The notes under the pieces were generated by a model. That model made no database searches. It had not been told where the DNA came from and saw only the letters and a program-made list of their open reading frames with translations. From a bacterium (GTDB lineage: Bacteria > Patescibacteriota > Andersenbacteria > UBA10190), in the NCBI GenBank assembly GCA_030698495.1, contig JAUYKA010000008.1, positions 78,895-142,894 on the forward strand: a stretch of DNA of 64,000 bases, given 5' to 3'. Both the position numbers and the translations under genes were made by a program. Shown here piece by piece: positions 47,926 to 56,570 of this stretch (the stretch's first letter is position 1; each line of letters opens with the position of its first letter).

Positions 47926-47974
47926 CGCAGCCGGATAAGTTCAATAAGGAAGATAAGTTCATAAGTTTTAAGAT

Positions 47975-48529
47975 ATGGTGGAGACAACTACAACTCAAGC
48001 TAAACAGGGATCCCGTGGTGGCATGCGCCCGCCACAGAGACGGCGGCCGCATAGCCGATATGGGCAGCAAATGGAAGAGAAGCAGAATCTAAAGAAGATT
48101 TACGGCATCAGGGAACAACAGTTGAAAAAATATTTTGTGACGGCTCACCAATCAACGGTTGAAACCGGCCCTGGCTTAATTGAAATTTTGGAAAAGCGTC
48201 TGGATAACGCGGTATATCGTGCGGGATGGTCTCCAACCAGGGCTGCGGCCAGACAGTTAGTCAGTCATCGGCTAGTGACGGTTAACGGCCGTCCGGTTGA
48301 TGTGCCTTCTTTACAGGTTAAGGTTGGGGACGTAATCAGCATTAAAGAAAGCAAGAGAAAAAAAGCAATTTTTACAAATTTTACGAAAAGCCTGCAGAAC
48401 GTGGCCGCGCCAAGCTGGATTTTATTGGACCCGGAAAACTTTTCTTTTAAAGTAACCGGATTGCCGGGGGCGGATGAAGCGGGGCTGGGGGTGGACATAA
48501 GAGCAATCGTCGAGTATTTCGCCCGTTAA
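47975..48529 (+). CDS. rpsD: 30S ribosomal protein S4 (atypical short N-terminus)
   Basis: 'YGQQMEEKQ', 'LEKRLDNAVYRAG', 'ARQLVSH', 'VDVPS', 'IVEYFAR'. Confidence 0.95.
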   Translation: MVETTTTQAKQGSRGGMRPPQRRRPHSRYGQQMEEKQNLKKIYGIREQQLKKYFVTAHQSTVETGPGLIEILEKRLDNAVYRAGWSPTRAAARQLVSHRLVTVNGRPVDVPSLQVKVGDVISIKESKRKKAIFTNFTKSLQNVAAPSWILLDPENFSFKVTGLPGADEAGLGVDIRAIVEYFAR

Positions 48530-48569
48530 TCCCGCCTAAATATAAAATTTATTTATTAATAACCTTGCC

Positions 48570-49535
48570 ATGGAACCAATTTACTTACCAGAAAACGTAG
48601 ACATCAGCGACGAATCTGATAACAGCGCGATATTTTCAATTTATCCTTATTACCCGGGATACGGTCCGACGGTGGGCAACGCTTTGCGCCGGGTATTACT
48701 TTCTTCATTGCCGGGTGCTGCGATAACTCACATGAAAATCGATGGGGTTGATCATGAGTTTTCAGCTCTGCCTGGAGTGAAAGAAGATTTGGTGAGCTTG
48801 ATGTTAAACCTGAAAAAGGTAAGGGTAGCGTCGGTGAGTGATCAACCGGTAGAGATTGTGCTGGAAGCTAAAGGCGAGGGCAAAGTTAAGGCAGGAGATT
48901 TCAAAACACCTCCGGAGGTAAGCATCGGCAATCCTGATCTGGTAATCGCGAATTTGACAGACAGCAAGGCTGAATTCACTTTACGTTGTACTGTGCAACA
49001 AGGGCGCGGGTATATACCGACGGAAACAAGAGAACGCGAGCAGCGGCCGATCGGTACAATTGCTTTGGACGCTATATATACGCCCGTGGAAAGAGTAAGT
49101 TATAAGATAGAAAATATCCGTGTAGGACAGGCGACGGATTACCACAAGTTAGCGTTAACTATTAAGACAGACGGTACAATAACGCCCCGGGAAGCTTTAC
49201 AGCAGGCGGCGTCAATTTTAACCGACCACTTCAAAGAATTGACAGGAGACTTTAGCGCTAATCTTACCGCGGACAGGCCGGAGGAAATACCAGAGGTTTC
49301 GGTAGAGCCGGAGCCGACAGAGCCGGAGAACACATTAAGCTTACTCCAGTTGCCTTCGCGTGTGCATAATGCACTGGAAAGAGTGGGAATTACTACCGTA
49401 GAACAAGTGGTGGAGCTTAGTGATGAACAAATTCAGGATATTCCCGGCTTAGGACAAAAAGCGGTGGAAGATATTAAGAAAAACAGAGCTAAATATATGA
49501 CTGAACACTTAAATCAATCAGCCGATGAAGCATAA
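48570..49535 (+). CDS. rpoA: RNA polymerase alpha subunit
   Basis: 'GYGPTVGNALRRVLLSSLPGAA', 'HEFS..PGVKED', 'GRGY', 'DAIYTPV'. Confidence 0.97.
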   Translation: MEPIYLPENVDISDESDNSAIFSIYPYYPGYGPTVGNALRRVLLSSLPGAAITHMKIDGVDHEFSALPGVKEDLVSLMLNLKKVRVASVSDQPVEIVLEAKGEGKVKAGDFKTPPEVSIGNPDLVIANLTDSKAEFTLRCTVQQGRGYIPTETREREQRPIGTIALDAIYTPVERVSYKIENIRVGQATDYHKLALTIKTDGTITPREALQQAASILTDHFKELTGDFSANLTADRPEEIPEVSVEPEPTEPENTLSLLQLPSRVHNALERVGITTVEQVVELSDEQIQDIPGLGQKAVEDIKKNRAKYMTEHLNQSADEA

Positions 49536-49881
49536 GAAGGCCAACCGAATATTGGGCCGGACAGCGCAACAAAGAAAGGCGCTACTCTCGAACATGACTA
49601 GTTCGTTGTTAGAACGCGGTCATATTGTCACGACCCGGGCGCGAGCCAAACAGTTACAGCGATTCTTTGATCCGCTGGTCACTCGCGCGAAACAGGAGAT
49701 GACATTGTCTAATCGCCGTTATTTGTTGTCAAAGCTGATGAAGGCCGGTGACATAAATAAATTAATTGAAGCGGCAGAGGCTAATAAAAGCAGGCCCGGC
49801 GGTTATTTGCGGTTGACAAAGCTGCCGACCAAGCGACAAGATCAGGCTACGACCGTTAAGGTGGAAATTATTACCAAGTAA
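49525..49881 (+). CDS. rplQ: 50S ribosomal protein L17
   Basis: 'MKHKKANRILGR', 'TTRARAK', 'RPGGYLRLTKL'. Confidence 0.95.
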   Translation: MKHKKANRILGRTAQQRKALLSNMTSSLLERGHIVTTRARAKQLQRFFDPLVTRAKQEMTLSNRRYLLSKLMKAGDINKLIEAAEANKSRPGGYLRLTKLPTKRQDQATTVKVEIITK

Positions 49882-49889
49882 GAATTTTT

Positions 49890-50321
49890 ATGTCAAAAGA
49901 AAGAGATAAAATACACAGGGAAGAACAGGTGGGCGAATGGCATTGGCTGGATGCCCAGGGAAAAATACTGGGCAGATTAGCGGGTGAAGCGGCGGTCTTA
50001 CTGGGTGGTAAGCATAGAACGGACTGGGCTGCCAATAAAGTGGCGCCGGTTTACGTAGTGGTAACAAACACAGATCGGGTGGTGGTAACGGGTAATAAGG
50101 AGAAAGATAAGATTTATTATCGACATACGGGTTACCCGGGCGGTTTGCGAGAGCGTTCGCTGGCAGTCCAAAGGCAGAGAGATTCGCGTAAAATCGTATT
50201 AGCGGCCGTAAGCGGAATGCTGCCGAAAAACAACTTACGTAAATTGCGCTTACAGCATTTAAAGCTATATAAAGGCAGCGAGCATCCGCATGAGGCGCAA
50301 ATTAAATCTAATTCTAAATAA
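49890..50321 (+). CDS. rplM: 50S ribosomal protein L13
   Basis: 'DAQGKILGRLA', 'YYRHTGYPGGL', 'GMLPKN', 'HPHEAQ'. Confidence 0.97.
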   Translation: MSKERDKIHREEQVGEWHWLDAQGKILGRLAGEAAVLLGGKHRTDWAANKVAPVYVVVTNTDRVVVTGNKEKDKIYYRHTGYPGGLRERSLAVQRQRDSRKIVLAAVSGMLPKNNLRKLRLQHLKLYKGSEHPHEAQIKSNSK

Positions 50322-50327
50322 AAGACT

Positions 50328-50735
50328 ATGGTAGAAGATCAAGCAGAGAAGAAAGGTACGTACGGACTTGGCCGTCGAAAAACGGCAATCGCACAGGTGA
50401 TGTTGACCGATGACGTGACAGTAAGGATTGTTAATAATAAGCCGGTGGATGACTACTTTCCAACCATCGCGATGAAGAAACAGGTATTGTCGGCACTGGA
50501 GACCACGTCAAAGGCGGAAAAATCAGGATTCAAAGCGAAGATCAGGGGTGGAGGTAAGCAGGCGCAGGCGGTAGCTTTGAATTTAGCGATTGCCCGGGCG
50601 ATTGTGAAAGATGACGAGTCTTTGCGCAAACAGTTGAAAGATACGGGCAGTTTAACTCGCGATCCGCGGGTTAAGGAAAGAAAGAAGTTTGGTTTGAAAA
50701 GAGCGCGCCGAGCACCGCAGTTCTCCAAGCGATAA
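50328..50735 (+). CDS. rpsI: 30S ribosomal protein S9
   Basis: 'GRRKTAIA', 'GGG..QA.A', 'RDPRVKERKKFGLKRARRAPQFSKR'. Confidence 0.97.
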   Translation: MVEDQAEKKGTYGLGRRKTAIAQVMLTDDVTVRIVNNKPVDDYFPTIAMKKQVLSALETTSKAEKSGFKAKIRGGGKQAQAVALNLAIARAIVKDDESLRKQLKDTGSLTRDPRVKERKKFGLKRARRAPQFSKR

Positions 50736-50743
50736 GTGTCAGA

Positions 50744-50852
50744 AAATTTCTAATTTCTAATAACTAATTACTAATAAAATTTTAAATGTTTAACGCCAAA
50801 TTTTAAGCATTGGGCATTTTATTAGACATTAGTAATTAGGATTTAGTAATTA
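50744..50852. repeat. 7-nt periodic imperfect inverted repeat (AAT family)
   Basis: aatttct-aatttct-aataact-aattact ... attagac-attagta-attagga-tttagta-att, between convergent genes. Confidence 0.8.
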
Positions 50853-50860
50853 CAGCCAAT

Positions 50861-52195
50861 CTATTGTTGTATTACTAAATCTGATTGATACAATCCGGTT
50901 TTGTTAGTAGTTTTCTTAAGGTAATAGATCATTTCTCCGTCAGTGCCGACAGCGGTTTGGGCGTTGCCGTTATTGGTGGTGGTAATTTGCTCGGAGATCG
51001 GGTGGTCACGCACATCGATTTCACTGATGATGATTTCGTCGTCTATTTGATAAATAAGGTGGCGACTGCCGGCAAACCATTGAATAGCGGTGATAGGGCG
51101 AGACAGTCTGGTAATAAATTGCAGGATCTGTTTTGGTAGGAAGCTGATTTCGTCAGTGGTGCTAAAAACATTTATGGTGTATGGATCGGTGGCAATAAAG
51201 AGAATGGCGCCGTCCGGAGACCAGCCGGCATAAGCGCTGGATGAACTGATTAATACCGGCTGATTAGATTCATTAAGATACCACACGCCGGTGTCTTTGG
51301 TTGTATAGGCAATGTTGCCTGATGGAGTAATAAGCAGTTTGACTATTTTCTTGTCGGGAGAAGGGATATTAATATTTTGCGGGCCTCCGGATAAGTTGAA
51401 GACATTGATGATATTATCCTCGCTAACGGTGTATATGTACTTATTGCTGGTAGCGAATATGTTTACTTGTTTAGCAATTATTTGCAAGGCGCCGGTAGAA
51501 GCGTTATAGGCTTTTAGACTGCCTGCGACATCAGTGAATAACAAGCGATTTGGCACAACCGGATCCCAGATGGCATCGGCGGCGCCGTTGAGGGTACTTA
51601 ATAATATAGGCGAAGAAGCGCCAAAATTATTAACCAACCAGTAGTTATTCTTGTTATGGAGAAGCAGCGAAGCGCTGTTGGGAGACCACAGGACGGTTTG
51701 GGGTATGGTTGTTAGCGCTTGGCTATCCACGATAGGGTGACTATCTTGATCGATAACGGAAAGATGAAGATTGCTTGATATATAGGCAATAAGTTTGCGG
51801 TTGGGAGACAGCGAAAAAAGAACCGCGTCTTGAGCCAAGGGATGGCTGTCTATATTGGCCGGGAATAAAACGATGTCGGACAAGTCGGCGGCCATACCCG
51901 GTTTTATGGCAATATTTTTACTCCAGGAGCGATATTCCCGCAGAGCTAGCGAAATATTAACATTGCCGGCAATCAGGTTGGGGAGAGTTTTAGGTGTCTT
52001 ACCGGCTGGTTTGTCATTAATATATATAGAGGCACGGCTTGGCTTGCTTTTAACTAGAGCGACCCCGATAGGCAGGGGGTCAATATTTTTTAAAGTGGCG
52101 CGATAACCGATAGCGTAAAGAACCACTAGAGGGGTTAGAGCGATGAAAATTACCAAGGTTATGAAAAGTAGGGCGCGCCGGTATATTTTTTGCAT
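50861..52195 (-). CDS. PEGA-domain / beta-propeller membrane-anchored protein
   Basis: N-terminal TM ending 'LYAIGYR', PEGA 'KSKPSRASIYIND...TP..L.NL..G...Y.SW.K', propeller blades 'LSPN', 'WSPN', 'WSPDG'. Confidence 0.8.
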   Translation of the reverse strand: MQKIYRRALLFITLVIFIALTPLVVLYAIGYRATLKNIDPLPIGVALVKSKPSRASIYINDKPAGKTPKTLPNLIAGNVNISLALREYRSWSKNIAIKPGMAADLSDIVLFPANIDSHPLAQDAVLFSLSPNRKLIAYISSNLHLSVIDQDSHPIVDSQALTTIPQTVLWSPNSASLLLHNKNNYWLVNNFGASSPILLSTLNGAADAIWDPVVPNRLLFTDVAGSLKAYNASTGALQIIAKQVNIFATSNKYIYTVSEDNIINVFNLSGGPQNINIPSPDKKIVKLLITPSGNIAYTTKDTGVWYLNESNQPVLISSSSAYAGWSPDGAILFIATDPYTINVFSTTDEISFLPKQILQFITRLSRPITAIQWFAGSRHLIYQIDDEIIISEIDVRDHPISEQITTTNNGNAQTAVGTDGEMIYYLKKTTNKTGLYQSDLVIQQ

Positions 52196-52245
52196 AGGGG
52201 GACTATGCCTTATTGTAGCATTTTTGTAAATGAGAGGGATGCGAT

Positions 52246-52357
52246 CGAGGATGGCTGCCTATTTGGTTTTGACGCCAAATTTCTCATGCTTATTTTTACG
52301 TTAAGGTATTCCGCCGGCACGGCAATGGCGTCAAAACCAAATAGGCAGCCATCCTCG
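52246..52357. repeat. Perfect 32-bp inverted repeat with 48-bp spacer
   Basis: CGAGGATGGCTGCCTATTTGGTTTTGACGCCA (52246-52277) and exact reverse complement (52326-52357). Confidence 0.92.
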
Positions 52358-52455
52358 GACTATGTTAATTTTACCCTTTGCATTTACGAAAATCTGGGGT
52401 GAAGAGAACGGGGGTGACTTGATTTTGGGGGTTGGTTGACGGTATGCTTAAATTC

Positions 52456-53706
52456 ATGTCGCAATTTGTCATCCAAGGCGGGCGGAAGCTATCCGGGGTT
52501 ATTCCAGTTTACGGGTCAAAGAACGCGGCGCTGCCTTTGCTGGCGGCCAGTCTTTTAACGGAAGAGGAAGTGATTTTGCATAATATTCCGGAGATATTGG
52601 ATGTTAAGAAGATGTTGGAAATTATGCAGGCGATGGGAGTGAGTGTGATTAGTGAAGGAAACGAGTGCCGGATAAAAGCGGAGAAGATTAACGAGAAGCA
52701 GGTACCGCGGGATAGGGTGGGACACCTGCGCGGTTCCGTATTGTTACTGGGTGCTTTATTGGTCCGATGTAAGCGGGTGGATCTGCCGATGCCGGGAGGA
52801 GACGTTATCGGTGCGCGACCGATTGAAGCACATTTGGATGGCCTGGCGCAGTTGGGTGCTAAAATAGACGTCAACGACAGCGGCGTGAGCGTGGACGGAT
52901 CGGACATGAAAGCCGGCGAAGTGGTGCTAAAAGAGTTTTCCGTTACGGCGACGGAAAATATTTTGTTGGCCGCGTCGCGTTTGCCGGGAAAAACAACTAT
53001 TTATATTGCGGCGGCCGAACCGCACGTGGCGGCGTTGGCGGAGCTGCTGAATCAGATGGGGGTGAAAGTTTCAGGAGCTGGAACGCATACTATTATCGTC
53101 GAGGGTAAAGAAGAATTAAGCGGAGCAGAGTTTACAAATATTCAGGATATGTTGGAAGCCGGTTCGTTTATTTTATTGGCGGCGGCGACGGGTTCAGCTG
53201 TTACCGTGCAAAACGTGCCGCTGTTTGATTTGCGCCTTTTTTTAAAGAAGCTGGCGGATATTGGGGTGGATTTTCAGATTGACGATCATAACGTAATGAT
53301 TAAGCCGTCTCGCTTGAAAGCTTTTAAGATACAGACTCTGCCGTATCCGGGCATGCCTACCGACCTACAGGCAATGTTCGCGGTAGTGGCAACGCAGGCA
53401 CATGGAGCCAGTTTGATTCACGACCCTATGTACGAAGGGCGGTTTAAATATATTGATGAGCTGATTAAAATGGGGGCCAACGCCACGATGTGTGATCCGC
53501 ATCGCGTTATAATCGAAGGGCCGACGCGATTGCGCGGACGCCATATAAAAAGTCTGGATATTCGTTCCGGCGTTACTTTGATTTTGGCCGGTCTGGCGGC
53601 GGATGGCGAAACAGTGATCGACGGTGCGGAAATTATTGACCGAGGATACGTAAATTTAGAAGAAAGGTTAAAGGATATCGGCGCGGATATTATTAGACGA
53701 GGATAA
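52456..53706 (+). CDS. murA: UDP-GlcNAc enolpyruvyl transferase
   Basis: 'GSKNAALP', 'PGGDVIGARP', 'SVTATEN', 'AAEPHV', 'PYPGMPTDLQ', 'DIRSG', 'IDRGY'. Confidence 0.97.
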   Translation: MSQFVIQGGRKLSGVIPVYGSKNAALPLLAASLLTEEEVILHNIPEILDVKKMLEIMQAMGVSVISEGNECRIKAEKINEKQVPRDRVGHLRGSVLLLGALLVRCKRVDLPMPGGDVIGARPIEAHLDGLAQLGAKIDVNDSGVSVDGSDMKAGEVVLKEFSVTATENILLAASRLPGKTTIYIAAAEPHVAALAELLNQMGVKVSGAGTHTIIVEGKEELSGAEFTNIQDMLEAGSFILLAAATGSAVTVQNVPLFDLRLFLKKLADIGVDFQIDDHNVMIKPSRLKAFKIQTLPYPGMPTDLQAMFAVVATQAHGASLIHDPMYEGRFKYIDELIKMGANATMCDPHRVIIEGPTRLRGRHIKSLDIRSGVTLILAGLAADGETVIDGAEIIDRGYVNLEERLKDIGADIIRRG

Positions 53707-53710
53707 CTAT

Positions 53711-54721
53711 ATGAGAGTGACTAGAAGAATAGCAATTGATTTAGGTACCACTAATACTTTAATGTATGTGCCTAAACAGGGGATTGTATTAAACGAACCG
53801 TCAGTAGTGGCGGTTTCAACGGACGAAAAAGCGGTGCTGGCGGTGGGTAATGAGGCTAAGGATATGATCGGACGCACGCCGGAATCAATTGTAGCGCATC
53901 GACCACTGCGCGACGGCGTGATTGCCGATTATCGGGTAACACAGGCGATGCTGCGTTATTTGATTCAGAAAACAGGTGCGTCGATTCGTTTCTTGCGGCC
54001 AGAGGTATTAATTTCCGTGCCGGCCGGTATTACCAGTACGGAGCGGCGAGCGGTGGTTGACGCTACTTTGTCGGCCGGAGCCAGATCGGTTTTCTTAATT
54101 AAAGAACCTATCGCCGCGGCGATAGGGGCGGGCATACCAATTGGGGAGAGCGCAGGACATATGATAGTGGATATCGGCGGCGGGACAACGGAAGCAGCCG
54201 TGATTTCTTTGGGTGGTATTGTCACCGCTCATTCCGCCAGAGTAGGAGGTAATCGATTTGATGAAGCGATTACCGATCATATCAGAAAACGCTACGGGGT
54301 AGTAATTGGCGAGCAAACGGCGGAAAAAGTTAAGATCAGTATCGGGTCGGCCATACAGCAGGAAGCACAGGAACGGTTAACTATTCGTGGTCGCGATATG
54401 GCTTCTGGCTTGCCTAAGGAAACAGTTATTTCTTCCCAGGAAGTAACCGAGGCCCTTAGGGAATCGCTGGATGAAGTGTTGCTGGTGATTAAGCACGTGC
54501 TGCAAAATACGCCGCCGGAGTTAGCGGCGGATGTTATTGATACCGGGATCGTAATTAGTGGTGGAGGAGCGTTAATGAAGAATATCGACCAGCTGATTTC
54601 CCGGGCGATTCAAGTGCCTACGTATATAGCGGACGATCCGCTGGTGTGCGTGGTGAAAGGAGCAGGCGCGGCACTGGAAAATTTGGAGCGGTATAAAAGG
54701 AGTGTTTTGTTGAGTAGGTAG
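53711..54721 (+). CDS. mreB: Rod shape-determining actin homolog
   Basis: 'IDLGTTNT', 'NEPSVVA', 'PLRDGVIAD', 'EPIAAAIGAG', 'DIGGGTTE', 'GGGAL'. Confidence 0.97.
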   Translation: MRVTRRIAIDLGTTNTLMYVPKQGIVLNEPSVVAVSTDEKAVLAVGNEAKDMIGRTPESIVAHRPLRDGVIADYRVTQAMLRYLIQKTGASIRFLRPEVLISVPAGITSTERRAVVDATLSAGARSVFLIKEPIAAAIGAGIPIGESAGHMIVDIGGGTTEAAVISLGGIVTAHSARVGGNRFDEAITDHIRKRYGVVIGEQTAEKVKISIGSAIQQEAQERLTIRGRDMASGLPKETVISSQEVTEALRESLDEVLLVIKHVLQNTPPELAADVIDTGIVISGGGALMKNIDQLISRAIQVPTYIADDPLVCVVKGAGAALENLERYKRSVLLSR

Positions 54722-54746
54722 ACAAATATATACGTTTTTTGAGATT

Positions 54747-54877
54747 TAAAGGTAAAACGTAAAACGAAAAAGGCAAAACAACATCATAAAAACTAAAAAC
54801 ATAACGACAAAAATTCGTTGTTATTTTTTGCTTTTTCTTGTTGTTGTAAGTTTTACGTTTTAAGTTTTACGTTTTTG
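54747..54877. repeat. 7-nt periodic imperfect inverted repeat (A-tract family)
   Basis: aaaggta-aaacgta-aaacgaa-aaaggca-aaacaacatcataaaaactaaaaac ... ttttacgttttaagttttacgttttt. Confidence 0.82.
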
Positions 54878-54923
54878 ATTATTCTACTTGCTACGTGCTG
54901 CTAGTGTCAGTTATCATGCCTAG

Positions 54924-56063
54924 ATGTCTGAAATTGAGCAGCTGAAAGTGGCTTTAGTGCATGACGAGCTTACCCGCCGGGGCGGGGCGGAGATTGTACT
55001 CGAAGAGTTAGCGATGATTTTTCCGCAGGCTGATATTTATGCGCTATACGCCGGGCGGCCGATGATGAGTATTAATGGCCGCAAGAGGAGCGTGCATACT
55101 TCTTTTCTGCAGCACTGGCCGTTGTGGTGGCGCCGTCATCCTAAAAGAGTATTACCGCTTTTGCCGTACGCGGCCGAGCAATTGGATTTATCCGGATACG
55201 ATGTTGTTATAAGTTCGGCCAGCGGGTTTGTTAAAGGAATTATTACCAGGGCGGATATTCCACATGTATGCTACTGCCACACGCCGACAAGATATTTATG
55301 GGAAGACGCGGGAGCCGCCACAAGGCGGGCGCCGGTTTGGCAGAGATGGCCGGGCAGGATACTGCAACATTATTTACGTCTGGCCGATTTTGCCGCGGCC
55401 CAGCGGGTGGATTATTTTATCGCCAATTCCCGCTGGACTAAGCAGAGGATAAATACTTATTATCGGCGCGAGGCCAAGGTAATTTATCCGCCGATAGATA
55501 CGTCATTTTTCACGCCGGCATACGAGAGTGTATCCGGGCGCCGGAAAAAATATTTCTTATGCGTCGGCCGACTGACACCGAGTAAGAATTTTGATCAGGC
55601 AATTGCCGTTGGTGAGAAATTACGCTTGCCCCTGGTTATTGCCGGAAGCGGTTACGACGAGAGGCGTTTACGAAAATTGGCGGGACCATACACAACTTTT
55701 GCCGGACGGGTTGATAGAGAAGAGTTACGCGACTTATATCGTAACGCGCGGGCATTATTACAGCCAGGCGCGGAAGATTTTGGTATGGCGGCGGCCGAGG
55801 CAGCCGCTTGCGGTACACCGGTTGTTGCCTATGGTGTGGGCGGTATTAGGGAAATTGCCGGAAAGCAAACGGCACAATTGTATGCGCAACCAACGGTGGA
55901 AGCACTGGCCGAAGCGATACGTAAATTTATCGTGCGAGAAAATAAATTTCGGCCGGAGCTTTGTCAGCAGGAGGTTCTAAAGTTTGGCTACAGCCGTTTC
56001 AAGCAAGAAGTAACGCATTTTGTAAAAAATGTTATTGCTAATGGTGTTGGCAAGACGGTATAA
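54924..56063 (+). CDS. Glycosyltransferase family 4
   Basis: 'ALVHDEL...GGAE', 'YCHTPTRYLW', 'IYPPID', 'EDFGM..AEAAACGTPVVAY'. Confidence 0.92.
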   Translation: MSEIEQLKVALVHDELTRRGGAEIVLEELAMIFPQADIYALYAGRPMMSINGRKRSVHTSFLQHWPLWWRRHPKRVLPLLPYAAEQLDLSGYDVVISSASGFVKGIITRADIPHVCYCHTPTRYLWEDAGAATRRAPVWQRWPGRILQHYLRLADFAAAQRVDYFIANSRWTKQRINTYYRREAKVIYPPIDTSFFTPAYESVSGRRKKYFLCVGRLTPSKNFDQAIAVGEKLRLPLVIAGSGYDERRLRKLAGPYTTFAGRVDREELRDLYRNARALLQPGAEDFGMAAAEAAACGTPVVAYGVGGIREIAGKQTAQLYAQPTVEALAEAIRKFIVRENKFRPELCQQEVLKFGYSRFKQEVTHFVKNVIANGVGKTV

Positions 56064-56071
56064 TATAAATA

Positions 56072-56407
56072 GTGAAATATTCTCTGCAAGCGGAAAATTT
56101 AACAGTGACAGAAGCGGACAGGCTGTTATTAGAGAAAAAGATTGGCCGTCTTAAGAAACTGCTGCAGCCACCTTATATGGCGGATATTAGGTTTTGGCAT
56201 GACACTCACCATATCAAGGGTGAGGTTGTTAACTGTGTGATGAACGTTAAAGAAGGGAAGAGAGTATTTCATAGCGAGCGCGTCGGCGACAGTATGCAGA
56301 AGGCATTGGACGAATGTTTGCAGGCGATTAAGAGCGAGATTGCAAAAAATCACGGGAAGGGCAAGAGGCGTCGGTTTTGGTGGAGTAAGTTGGCGAAAGA
56401 AACGTAA
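56072..56407 (+). CDS. hpf: Ribosome hibernation factor HPF/RaiA (short form)
   Basis: 'EKKIGRLKKL', 'HHIKGEV..C', 'SMQKALD'; directly upstream of secA. Confidence 0.75.
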   Translation: MKYSLQAENLTVTEADRLLLEKKIGRLKKLLQPPYMADIRFWHDTHHIKGEVVNCVMNVKEGKRVFHSERVGDSMQKALDECLQAIKSEIAKNHGKGKRRRFWWSKLAKET

Positions 56408-56527
56408 AACTGAAAGCGAAAAACTTAAAATAACAACTTAAAACTCAAAACAGTTGTCAAGCTGGCGGTGGGAATTTTTTGTTTTATACTGTTGTTTTTC
56501 GTTTTGCGCTTTACGCTTTAAGTTTTC
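56396..56527. repeat. 7-nt periodic imperfect inverted repeat (A-tract family)
   Basis: aaacgta-aaactga-aagcgaa-aaactta-aaataacaacttaaaactcaaaa ... ttttgcgctttacgctttaagtttt. Confidence 0.82.
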
Positions 56528-56570
56528 TGTGCTTTTGACAAGCGCCTATTTAGAAGTAAGGTGTAGTATA

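Noticed and set aside
24813-56527. Periodic intergenic repeats as CRISPR arrays
   Set aside because: No identical 23-47 bp repeats with unique spacers, and no cas genes.
56454-56570. N-terminal extensions given by the ORF track for secA (also DegT 24791-24853, femX 23381-23461, infA 46664-46738)
   Set aside because: They read through intergenic repeats or leaders; family similarity starts at the downstream start codons.
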